Assembly: GCA_964567615.1 (NCBI GenBank)
Contig: CAZMNI010000001.1
Location: forward strand, 1-54,140
DNA length: 54,140 nucleotides
Direction: 5' to 3'
Origin: an uncultured Chryseobacterium sp.
GTDB lineage: Bacteria; Bacteroidota; Bacteroidia; Flavobacteriales_D; Sanyastnellaceae
Every line of letters begins with the position of its first letter. Position 1 is the first letter of the stretch. Below the pieces are notes generated by a model. That model made no database searches. It had not been told where the DNA came from and saw nothing but the letters and a program-made list of their open reading frames with translations. This document shows positions 17,631-25,453 of this stretch, one piece after another. The position numbers were made by a program, and so were the translations under genes.

Positions 17631-19142
17631 TCAGGGCAAGTAACGGTTCAACCACCCGCTTTGTCCTTCTGGCACTCCAGCGGCAGGAGCGGAGGGGTGC
17701 CGGTTTCCAGCGTCCGTAAATCCACCGGCAAGAACCGCAACGGCTGCATCTTCTAACAAACCAGACCGGTCGAGTACTTCAGGTACATAGCAATCGCGCA
17801 CAAAATGGGTGTCGAATTTCCCTGAACGAAATGCAGGATGGTCGACGGCGAACCTGCCGAAGTCCAAGGTCGTAGCCACGCCACCGATGGCGTACTCGTC
17901 GATGGCTCGGAGCATCCGCGCGATGGCTGCATCGCGATTCGGGGCATGGACCACGAGTTTTGCGAGCATCGGATCATAGTAGATGGGAACCTCTTGGCCG
18001 GATTCGACTCCATCGTCCACGCGGACACCCGGCCCGGCAGGAGGGAGGTAGTGGGTCAGCGTTCCGGTTGAAGGCAGGAATCCGGCGGCGGTATCCTCTG
18101 CGTACACACGCAATTCGATGGCATGTCCGCCCAGACGCAAATCGTCCTGTGCAAATGCCAGCGGATGCCCTTCTGCGATGCGCAACTGCTCGCGCACCAA
18201 ATCCACCCCGGTCACGCACTCCGTCACAGGGTGCTCCACCTGCAGGCGCGTGTTCATCTCTAAGAAAAAGAAGTTCAGATCGGCATCCAGCACGAACTCA
18301 ACCGTTCCCGCACTTACGTAGCCGCATGCCTGGGCCAAACGCACTGCACATGCGCCCATTTCCGCACGCAGTTCGGGGGTCAGCACGGCGGACGGTGCTT
18401 CTTCGACCACCTTTTGGTGTCGCCGCTGGATGCTGCATTCACGTTCAAACAAGTGCACGCAGTTTCCGTACTGGTCTGCAAGGACTTGGATTTCAATGTG
18501 GCGCGGTCGAGTAGCGAATTTCTCCAGGAAGACTGAGCCGTCACCGAACGCATTTGTCGCCTCTGACACCGCCCGACCGAATTGCTCTTCGAGTTCTCCC
18601 GGATCGTGCACGAGGCGCATTCCTTTTCCGCCGCCACCAGCGCTTGCCTTCACCAGCAGCGGATAGCCGATGTGCTTTGCGGCTTCGCGGGCTTCGACAA
18701 GGGTAGCTACAGCCCCCGCGCTTCCCGGCACCAGCGGAACCCCTGCTGCCGCTGCAGCCGCCTTTGCAGCAAGTTTGGACCCCATGACCTCCATGGCTTC
18801 CGCACCCGGACCTACAAAACGCAACCCCGCCGCTTCCACTTGCCTCGCGAAAGCGGCATTTTCGGAGAGAAAACCGTATCCGGGGTGGATGGCATCGGCA
18901 CCCGTGCACAGCGCTGCTTCGATGACCTTCGCTGCATCGAGGTAGCTATGCGATGCTGCGGCGGGACCGATGTGGACCGCCTCGTCGGCATACCTCGCAA
19001 ACGGCGCCGCCACGTCTGCGTCGGAGTAAACCGCCACGGTTGAAATGCCCATTTCGCGTGCGGTGCGGAAGATGCGCAATGCGATTTCACCGCGGTTCGC
19101 GACGAGGAGTTTCCGGATGGGTGTCACACGGTAGGAGCCCAT
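17631..19142 (-). CDS. accC: biotin carboxylase (acetyl/acyl-CoA carboxylase subunit)
   Basis: ORF 17631..19214. The ATG at 19142 gives ...IRKLLVANRGEIALRIFRTAREMGI. ATP-grasp blocks are present (GYPLLVKASAGGGGKGMR, EMNTRLQVEHPVTE). There is a C-terminal tail of about 55 aa. Confidence 0.85.
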   Translation of the reverse strand: MGSYRVTPIRKLLVANRGEIALRIFRTAREMGISTVAVYSDADVAAPFARYADEAVHIGPAAASHSYLDAAKVIEAALCTGADAIHPGYGFLSENAAFARQVEAAGLRFVGPGAEAMEVMGSKLAAKAAAAAAGVPLVPGSAGAVATLVEAREAAKHIGYPLLVKASAGGGGKGMRLVHDPGELEEQFGRAVSEATNAFGDGSVFLEKFATRPRHIEIQVLADQYGNCVHLFERECSIQRRHQKVVEEAPSAVLTPELRAEMGACAVRLAQACGYVSAGTVEFVLDADLNFFFLEMNTRLQVEHPVTECVTGVDLVREQLRIAEGHPLAFAQDDLRLGGHAIELRVYAEDTAAGFLPSTGTLTHYLPPAGPGVRVDDGVESGQEVPIYYDPMLAKLVVHAPNRDAAIARMLRAIDEYAIGGVATTLDFGRFAVDHPAFRSGKFDTHFVRDCYVPEVLDRSGLLEDAAVAVLAGGFTDAGNRHPSAPAAGVPEGQSGWLNRYLP

Positions 19143-19284
19143 GCTATCTCGCTGGTGATGACAAAAGTTGAACGCACGAAAAAAGGGCAAGCGATTCCTG
19201 TCGCGCCGCATCAACTGCCTGCCCTTGCTGTCTTCCGACCCTGGGGGATTCAGCAGGAGCTGGCCGCAGGAGACTTGCCCCGTA

Positions 19285-19292
19285 CAAAGGTA
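19285..19292 (-). promoter_or_regulatory. putative -7 box TACCTTTG facing accC (142 nt upstream of its ATG)
   Basis: The plus strand reads CAAAGGTA, a perfect match to TAnnTTTG. It is the inverted partner of the box at 19313..19320. Confidence 0.3.
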
Positions 19293-19312
19293 TCCAAGAA
19301 ATGCGGGTGCGC

Positions 19313-19320
19313 TACCTTGG
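19313..19320 (+). promoter_or_regulatory. putative -7 box TACCTTGG, 4 nt upstream of the DUF4199 ATG
   Basis: It has one mismatch to TAnnTT[T/C]G and the same 4-nt spacing to the start codon as six other genes in the window. Confidence 0.35.
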
Positions 19321-19324
19321 CGGC

Positions 19325-19870
19325 ATGAAAATCGTGCCGATGATCAATCCTGTGGTGTGGCCGCACGCTGGCTTGTCGGCCCTGCTCGTGGTGGCTATCC
19401 AACTGGTGGCCTACGTACTTGGGGTCGATGCGATGGTCAGTCCGTGGTCCAGTTTGGCGGTGTCCTTGGCATTTCCTATCGGGATGTCCTTAGCGCTCAT
19501 TGCATTACGACGTGACGAAGGCAACGTACTTTCCTTCGGCCGGGGATGGCGGCATGCGTGGGCTGTGGCCGCTGTGATGCAAGCGGCCCAAACCGGATAC
19601 CAGCTCATCCTGTTTCATGTACTTGCCCCGGACATCATCGAACCGGTCATTTCCGCAACGCTTGATGCATTGGATGAACGGCTCGGTGCCTTCGGCGATG
19701 CCATGGGCGAGGCAACGGCGTTTAAGCAGGAGATTGAGGTTACCCTGCGGGATGGGTTCACTGTTCGGGGACTGTTGTATTCAGGGCTTTGGGGTTGGGG
19801 ATTCTCTGCAGTGGGGGCCTTGGTCGTTGCACTGGTATTCCGCCGCAAACCTGCATCCGAATTCGAGTGA
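19325..19870 (+). CDS. DUF4199-like four-TM membrane protein
   Basis: ORF 19301..19870. I prefer the ATG at 19325 (MKIVPMINPVV). The size, TM pattern and position directly upstream of a GT2 gene match the common Bacteroidota arrangement. Confidence 0.6.
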   Translation: MKIVPMINPVVWPHAGLSALLVVAIQLVAYVLGVDAMVSPWSSLAVSLAFPIGMSLALIALRRDEGNVLSFGRGWRHAWAVAAVMQAAQTGYQLILFHVLAPDIIEPVISATLDALDERLGAFGDAMGEATAFKQEIEVTLRDGFTVRGLLYSGLWGWGFSAVGALVVALVFRRKPASEFE

Positions 19871-19914
19871 ATCCGGGCAACCTTCACCCGCTCCCTTCCG
19901 TAATCCGCCCTGCC

Positions 19915-20901
19915 ATGCACGATGCACCTCAGCTTGATTTGAGCCTAGTCATTCCGTTGTACAACGAAGTGGAGAGCCTGCCCGAGCTCCATGCCTGGAT
20001 TCGGCAGGCATTGGCCGGGCGCACCTTCGAAGTGATTTACGTGGATGACGGGAGCAAAGACGGATCTTGGGCGGAGATTGAGCGGCTATATGCTTCGTTT
20101 CCAGATGAGGTCGTAGGCATTCGCTTTGCCCGGAATTATGGGAAAAGTGCTGCGCTCCAAACCGGTTTTGCACGTGCCACTGGGCGTACCGTAGTCACCC
20201 TCGACGCAGATCTGCAGGACAGCCCGGACGAAATCCCTAACATCGAACGGCGCATCCTCGAGGAAGGCTTCGACGTCATCAGTGGTTGGAAGCAGAAGCG
20301 GCATGACCCACTGAGCAAGACCCTTCCCACCAAACTCTACAACTGGGCTACCCGCAAAGTCAGTGGCATTCCTTTGCACGATTTCAACTGCGGCATCAAA
20401 GGGTATCGGCTCGAAGTGGTCAAAGCCATCGAGGTGCAGGGCGAAATGCACCGCTACATCCCCATTCTCGCAAAAAACGCCGGATTCACCCGAATCGGTG
20501 AACAGGTGGTCGAGCACCGCGCGCGCAAATTCGGTTCCAGTAAGTTCGGGATGGAGCGCTTTTTGAATGGATTCTTGGACTTGCTGACGATTGCGTTTAT
20601 GTCCCGTTTTGCGCGCAAGCCGATGCATTTGTTCGGTGCACTCGGTTTGGCCATGTTCTTCTTCAGCTTCGTAGGCGTGGGTGCATTGATTGTGCACAAG
20701 GGCCTTAGCATGGTGGCCGGCGATCCTGGACGGAACATCACGGAGATTTCCACCTTTTACATTTCCCTCACCGGCATGATCCTCGGCGCCTTGTTCTTTG
20801 CGACCGGCTTCATTGCTGAGATGATTTCCCGAACTGACGCTCGCCGAACGGCCTACCTCGTCGCAGAATCCCGCGGAGGAAGAAAGGTCAACGACGAATA
20901 A
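19915..20901 (+). CDS. family 2 glycosyltransferase (polyprenyl-phosphate sugar transferase-like) with C-terminal TM helices
   Basis: ORF 19789..20901. The ATG at 19915 gives ...LSLVIPLYNEVESL, followed by YVDDGSKDGS and LDADLQD (DxD). Two C-terminal TM segments are present. Confidence 0.8.
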   Translation: MHDAPQLDLSLVIPLYNEVESLPELHAWIRQALAGRTFEVIYVDDGSKDGSWAEIERLYASFPDEVVGIRFARNYGKSAALQTGFARATGRTVVTLDADLQDSPDEIPNIERRILEEGFDVISGWKQKRHDPLSKTLPTKLYNWATRKVSGIPLHDFNCGIKGYRLEVVKAIEVQGEMHRYIPILAKNAGFTRIGEQVVEHRARKFGSSKFGMERFLNGFLDLLTIAFMSRFARKPMHLFGALGLAMFFFSFVGVGALIVHKGLSMVAGDPGRNITEISTFYISLTGMILGALFFATGFIAEMISRTDARRTAYLVAESRGGRKVNDE

Positions 20902-22351
20902 CCGTTGCGCCTGCAGTGAGGTCTTGTTGGCGGCATACCACCCGGTATACCCCGCTCGGCCAGGAAGCCACGTCGATGGCACCGATGGATTCGGGGGAGT
21001 TGAGCGCAGAATACACCTTGCGTCCGAGCGCGTCGTAGACGTCCACGGACACGGGGAAATGGGCGTCGAAGCCTTCACCGACCACGTTTACCACTTCTTC
21101 CGTAGGATTCGGCCATGCCGTGAGTCCGATGGGTTCGGGCCAACTAAATGCACCGTTTCCAGCGCCTTCACTGCCACACCCATCTCCGGCAACGCCGGTT
21201 TGCGTGGCGGAATCTTGGCCCTCTGGGAGTGAGGCGAAATAGTTTAGCGTGGACGTGGTCAACGTCACGTATCCCCCGTACCAGCCGGTACCCGGTCCCG
21301 TATTTTCGAGAACTGCAGTCAAGCAAGCACCCTCCGGGATGCACAGGTCAAGGTGGACGATGGCAAAGGTGTTGAAACCGTTTTGGGAAAACAGGGTATC
21401 TCCGCTGACGGCATCAAACAATGTGAAGGCCACCTCTTCCCCTTGGTTGAAGGTGCACAGGTAAAAGTGCACAAGTTCTCCATCCCCGCAGTCCAACGGG
21501 TATGTGCACGAGCCGTCGTCGTTTGTCGCATTTGGCTGAAAGTTCGACGCCTCGGCATCGGTGCATCCCCAAACGGCGGGTGTACAGGTCGATTCCGTCG
21601 CGTACACATCGAGTCCTACGAGCACCGACCCGCTCATGGGGTCGAGCACTACCGGAATGGCCCCAGATTCCCACGTTAGCGTACCGCTGGCGTTCTCACC
21701 CCAACCTCCCCAAACAGTATATGTGTGGCAGCCCGGTGCTACACACGCCCAGTTGGTTACCCCGGCGCCGGGCGTTTGGGTGCTGTTGACGGGAATCCAC
21801 TCGCCGGCTGGGCCCGTCACGTTCATGCCGAGCGTAGACCACGGATCCGCACCCGAAGCAGTTAGAACCACCAATGCACTTCCATCGGCACACGCGGGAG
21901 GCAGCACACACGAACCATCATCCCATGTGGCTTCGGGGTTGTAGTTGTATGCAGCTGCATCGGTACATCCGGGGAAGTAAGCGGGGCAATCCCCCGCGCC
22001 CACCGTTAGTACGCCGATGCTACCCGTCTCAAGGGTGTAGGGGCCGTACAGGACGCCATCTGGTGCAGTCAATTCGATGCTTCCCCCGTTCCAACCGTCC
22101 CCGAAGCTATCTTCAAGGATAAGCACGAAACAAGAAGCACTTGAGCACACAGCGACATTCTGCGTGAAGTTGTCCGGGTAATTCTGCCCGGATGCCACAG
22201 CATTTCCTGTTCCATCCTGCAACGTCCATGCCACCTCGACGCCCCACATGCCGGTGGTGAGTGAGACAGTCCAGGCGGATGGACAGGGACCTTGGGCGGC
22301 CAAACGGAAGGCAGCCCCGAACAGCATACAGGCCATAAAAAGCATTCGCAT
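20888..22351 (-). CDS. secreted Cys-rich modular protein with a T9SS type-A C-terminal sorting domain
   Basis: It has a signal peptide (MRMLFMACMLFGAAFRLAAQ) and repeated modules (SFGDGWNGGSIELT / GTGWYGGYVTLT, and CTDAAAYNYNPEATWDDGSC / CTDAEASNFQPNATNDDGSC). The C-terminus is CTD-like (WPNPTEEVVNV...VDVYDALGRKV...GVYRVV). Confidence 0.7.
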   Translation of the reverse strand: MRMLFMACMLFGAAFRLAAQGPCPSAWTVSLTTGMWGVEVAWTLQDGTGNAVASGQNYPDNFTQNVAVCSSASCFVLILEDSFGDGWNGGSIELTAPDGVLYGPYTLETGSIGVLTVGAGDCPAYFPGCTDAAAYNYNPEATWDDGSCVLPPACADGSALVVLTASGADPWSTLGMNVTGPAGEWIPVNSTQTPGAGVTNWACVAPGCHTYTVWGGWGENASGTLTWESGAIPVVLDPMSGSVLVGLDVYATESTCTPAVWGCTDAEASNFQPNATNDDGSCTYPLDCGDGELVHFYLCTFNQGEEVAFTLFDAVSGDTLFSQNGFNTFAIVHLDLCIPEGACLTAVLENTGPGTGWYGGYVTLTTSTLNYFASLPEGQDSATQTGVAGDGCGSEGAGNGAFSWPEPIGLTAWPNPTEEVVNVVGEGFDAHFPVSVDVYDALGRKVYSALNSPESIGAIDVASWPSGVYRVVCRQQDLTAGATVIRR

Positions 22352-22355
22352 GCGC

Positions 22356-22363
22356 GAAAGGTA
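22356..22363 (-). promoter_or_regulatory. putative -7 box TACCTTTC, 4 nt upstream of the ATG at 22351
   Basis: The minus strand reads TACCTTTC-GCGC-ATG. It has one mismatch at the last position and lies in the 32-nt spacer after the mnmA stop. Confidence 0.3.
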
Positions 22364-22383
22364 CGCACACGGAATGCGAACTG

Positions 22384-23550
22384 CTACCACGCAATGGGGC
22401 CAGACCCGATGAGTTCATCGCCAGCGTACCACGCTGCGAACTGCCCAGAGGCGATTCCACGCTGGGCTTCCGGGAAGGCAATCAACAGACCGTTTTCATG
22501 TCGGGTGCACTTGGCTTGTTGCAGCGGTTGCCGGTACCGGAAACGCACCCCATATGCTGTGCGGGACTCGCCGATTTCCCAGAGGAGGTCTTCGCGCACG
22601 GCATGCAACTCGGCAGCATGCACCCACAGTGCGTCCCGGTACAGACCGCGGTGGGTATCTCCCATGCCCACGTACAAGGCATTCGTCTCCACATCGCGGT
22701 CGAGCACGAAGAGGGGCTCGACCTGGCCGCCTACAGCAAGCCCCTTGCGCTGGCCCACGGTAAAGAAATGAGCCCCGGGATGCGTACCTACCCAGCTTCC
22801 GTCCTCCGGCGTCCACCGAATCGGGTGGGCACGCTCTGCGGCTGATCCGGCGGCATGCTGGTCCAACTTCGGATGGTCGCTCGGAATCCGGTAAATGGGG
22901 CCCTCCTTGGATGCAAGTTGCTGACGAAGGAAGTCAGGCAAGTGCACTTTCCCGACAAAGCACAGGCCCTGGCTGTCCTTTTTTTCGGCAGTCGGCAACC
23001 CATGTGCTCGTGCCCAGTCCCGCACCTCGCTTTTCAACAGGTGTCCGATGGGGAAGTGGGCGTGCCCGAGTGCATTTTGGCCCACCTGGCACAGAAAGTA
23101 CGACTGGTCCTTCGCTGGATCGAGCCCCGCGAGCAACCGGTGCGGCCTGCCATCCCTTCCGTGTTCAATCCTGCAGTAGTGCCCCGTTGCTACCCCCTCT
23201 GCACCCAGTGCGAGGGCGGCATCGAGGAACACGTCAAACTTGATCTCCCGGTTGCAGAGGACATCCGGATTCGGAGTTCGTCCAGCGGCATACTCGCGGA
23301 ACATGTAGTCCACAATCCGCTCCCGGTAAGCCCCACTTAAGTCGATGACCTGGAAGGGTATACCCAAATGGTCGGCCACCAACATCGCGTCATTTGCATC
23401 GTCAATCCACGGGCAAGCCCCCCCTACCGTCACGTCTGCGTCATGCCAATTTCGCATGTACAGACCGATGACTTCGTGCCCCTGTTCGAGCAACAGTCCA
23501 GCAGCCACGCTGGAATCCACACCACCAGATAGCCCGACGACAATCCGCAT
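22384..23550 (-). CDS. mnmA: tRNA 2-thiouridine(34) synthase
   Basis: ORF 22384..23667. The ATG at 23550 gives MRIVVGLSGGVDSSVAA (PP-loop). Later blocks include NPDVLCNREIKF and KDSQGLCF. Confidence 0.9.
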   Translation of the reverse strand: MRIVVGLSGGVDSSVAAGLLLEQGHEVIGLYMRNWHDADVTVGGACPWIDDANDAMLVADHLGIPFQVIDLSGAYRERIVDYMFREYAAGRTPNPDVLCNREIKFDVFLDAALALGAEGVATGHYCRIEHGRDGRPHRLLAGLDPAKDQSYFLCQVGQNALGHAHFPIGHLLKSEVRDWARAHGLPTAEKKDSQGLCFVGKVHLPDFLRQQLASKEGPIYRIPSDHPKLDQHAAGSAAERAHPIRWTPEDGSWVGTHPGAHFFTVGQRKGLAVGGQVEPLFVLDRDVETNALYVGMGDTHRGLYRDALWVHAAELHAVREDLLWEIGESRTAYGVRFRYRQPLQQAKCTRHENGLLIAFPEAQRGIASGQFAAWYAGDELIGSGPIAW

Positions 23551-23554
23551 GAAG

Positions 23555-23562
23555 CGAAGGTA
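23555..23562 (-). promoter_or_regulatory. putative -7 promoter box TACCTTCG, 4 nt upstream of the mnmA ATG
   Basis: The minus strand reads TACCTTCG-CTTC-ATG. This is the exact recurrent 8-mer. Confidence 0.5.
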
Positions 23563-23574
23563 CTGCTGTCCGCC

Positions 23575-23582
23575 TACCTTCG
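23575..23582 (+). promoter_or_regulatory. putative -7 promoter box TACCTTCG, 56 nt upstream of the ECF sigma gene
   Basis: Exact 8-mer. With 23555..23562 it forms a perfect inverted repeat with a 12-nt spacer. Confidence 0.45.
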
Positions 23583-23638
23583 CCTGCACCGGGGAGGCAA
23601 CCCTACCGTCCTTGTTGCGTCTTTCCTCGGACGAAGTC

Positions 23639-24211
23639 ATGCACGACGCCCTCATCCGCGACCACATCGAAGGCTGCCGCCGGGGGGACCAACGCGCGCA
23701 GCGGTGGGTGTTCGAGCGCTACTACCGGACCATGTTCGGCGTGTGCGCCCGCTACATCGCTGACGGGGACAGTGTGCAAGACGTAGTTCAAGAGGGGTTT
23801 CTGAAGGCGTTCACGAACATCGACGGATACACTTCGAAGGGTTCTTTTGAAGGTTGGCTTCGCAGGGTCATGGTCAATACGGCCATCGACCATGTGCGTC
23901 GGAGGAAATCTTGGACACTGAGCTTGTCGGGCGACCGGGATATCGAAGATCTCCCAGACATCGATGAGACGGAGGAAGAGGGCTACGATTGGAGCGTGGA
24001 CCAAATCATGGCAGCCATGCAAACGCTCACTCCGATGTACCGCACGGTGTTCAATCTGTTTGTCTTCGAAGACCTCAGCCACCAAGAGATTGCCGAACGC
24101 CTCGGAATCGAAGTGGGCACGTCGAAGTCAAATTTGGCAAAGGCCCGCCGCAACCTGCAACGAGCGTTACTTTCAAACCGGACCACATCACACACCGACC
24201 GAACTGCCTGA
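23639..24211 (+). CDS. ECF-type RNA polymerase sigma-70 factor
   Basis: ORF 23345..24211, with the ATG at 23639. Region 2 (DVVQEGFLKAF...WLRRVMVNTAIDHVRRRK) and region 4 (LSHQEIAERLGIEVGTSKSNLAKARRNL) are both visible. Confidence 0.85.
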   Translation: MHDALIRDHIEGCRRGDQRAQRWVFERYYRTMFGVCARYIADGDSVQDVVQEGFLKAFTNIDGYTSKGSFEGWLRRVMVNTAIDHVRRRKSWTLSLSGDRDIEDLPDIDETEEEGYDWSVDQIMAAMQTLTPMYRTVFNLFVFEDLSHQEIAERLGIEVGTSKSNLAKARRNLQRALLSNRTTSHTDRTA

Positions 24212-24213
24212 CC

Positions 24214-25422
24214 ATGGGATTAGAGGATTTTGACGACCGCATCCGACGCGCATTTGACGAGCATGAACCCGAGGTCAAGGCGGACTGGAAACGCATGCAA
24301 GCTGCGCTCATAGGTGCTGCAGGGGGGACGACGGCTGCCGTGGTGCGTGCCCGCTGGATAGGCGGAGCTGCAGGTGCAGCTGCGGTTGCGGCTGCAGTGA
24401 CGGGTTGGTTCTTGTGGAACCAGGACGTGCCTGCCGCAGATAAAAGCACAGGGGAAGGGCATCAAACCACTCAAATCCATCCGTCGGAGGTGCCGGCAAC
24501 TTCGCAGCCAGAGGAGCTCCCGTCCGCTCGGACCCGAACGGAGGTGGTTATTTCACAGGGATCCAAACCGGTTCGCAATGGGCTGAAAACCCAAACGACT
24601 GCAGACCTTTCCAATGACGGCGTGAGTGCAGCCCCCTCTTCCATGAAGGCTTCGGAGGCACACTTGATTTCCAGTTCAGTGCAGGAAGCCTGTGCGGGAA
24701 CTGAAGTGAAGTTTACCCTCGAGGGTGATTGGGCAAAGGGGTCTATCCTTTGGAATTTTGGTGACGGAAGCTTCAGCAATGACGCAGCACCGGTGCACGT
24801 CTTTGCCAAGGAGGGCACGTATGACATCACCATTTCTGTGCGTTCACCCAACGACGGGGCAATCCGAACACGAACCGTGGAGGATATGATTGTCATCAGG
24901 CCCAAGCCGGATGCGAAAATGGCTTGGAAACTTGACCCTTCTCCATCGGGTTCTGGGGTGCGCGTGGAGCTAGAAGACAGGACCGATCGCGCTTCTTCGG
25001 CCACGTGGATGCAGGGAACCAAGGATGTTTCGACCGATGCTTTGGTATTGAATGGTGCTGGCGTGTATCCCGTCACATTGATTGCAAGCAATGCATACGG
25101 GTGTCAAGATTCACGGACTGACTACATTCGGATGGGAGATCGGAATGCCCTCGATGCACCTGGTGCGTTTTCTCCGGATGGCGATGGGCGGAGGGACAAT
25201 TTCATGCCAGAAGGATTGCGAAAAGGGGCGTTTCGCTTGACCATTTTTGACATGAATGGAAAGGAAGTGTACTCCACGACCGAATTCAAGGCGCCCTGGG
25301 ACGGTAGCATGTCGGACGGTAGCCGGGCACCACTCGGTGCCATGTTCCGCTGGACTGTGGTGCGCGAGGTGGAGCATGGGAAGCCAGAGTTTTTTTCGGA
25401 CCGGGTGCGCATAGAGCGCTGA
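24214..25422 (+). CDS. membrane-anchored anti-sigma-like protein with PKD domain(s) and a T9SS type-B (gliding-motility) C-terminal domain
   Basis: The ATG at 24214 is 2 nt after the sigma stop. A short cytoplasmic N-terminus (MGLEDFDDRIRRAFDEHEPEV..W) is followed by one TM (AAGAAAVAAAVTGWFLW). A PKD block (WNFGDGSFSNDAAPVHVFAKEGTYDITISV) follows. The C-terminus reads GAFSPDGDGRRDNFMP...FRLTIFDMNGKEVY. Confidence 0.6.
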   Translation: MGLEDFDDRIRRAFDEHEPEVKADWKRMQAALIGAAGGTTAAVVRARWIGGAAGAAAVAAAVTGWFLWNQDVPAADKSTGEGHQTTQIHPSEVPATSQPEELPSARTRTEVVISQGSKPVRNGLKTQTTADLSNDGVSAAPSSMKASEAHLISSSVQEACAGTEVKFTLEGDWAKGSILWNFGDGSFSNDAAPVHVFAKEGTYDITISVRSPNDGAIRTRTVEDMIVIRPKPDAKMAWKLDPSPSGSGVRVELEDRTDRASSATWMQGTKDVSTDALVLNGAGVYPVTLIASNAYGCQDSRTDYIRMGDRNALDAPGAFSPDGDGRRDNFMPEGLRKGAFRLTIFDMNGKEVYSTTEFKAPWDGSMSDGSRAPLGAMFRWTVVREVEHGKPEFFSDRVRIER

Positions 25423-25441
25423 CCACCGGTTGCGGAAAGTG

Positions 25442-25449
25442 TATTTTCG
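25442..25449 (+). promoter_or_regulatory. putative -7 box TATTTTCG, 4 nt upstream of the ATG at 25454
   Basis: TATTTTCG-CGCG-ATG. It sits in the 30-nt spacer after the preceding gene. Confidence 0.4.
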
Positions 25450-25453
25450 CGCG

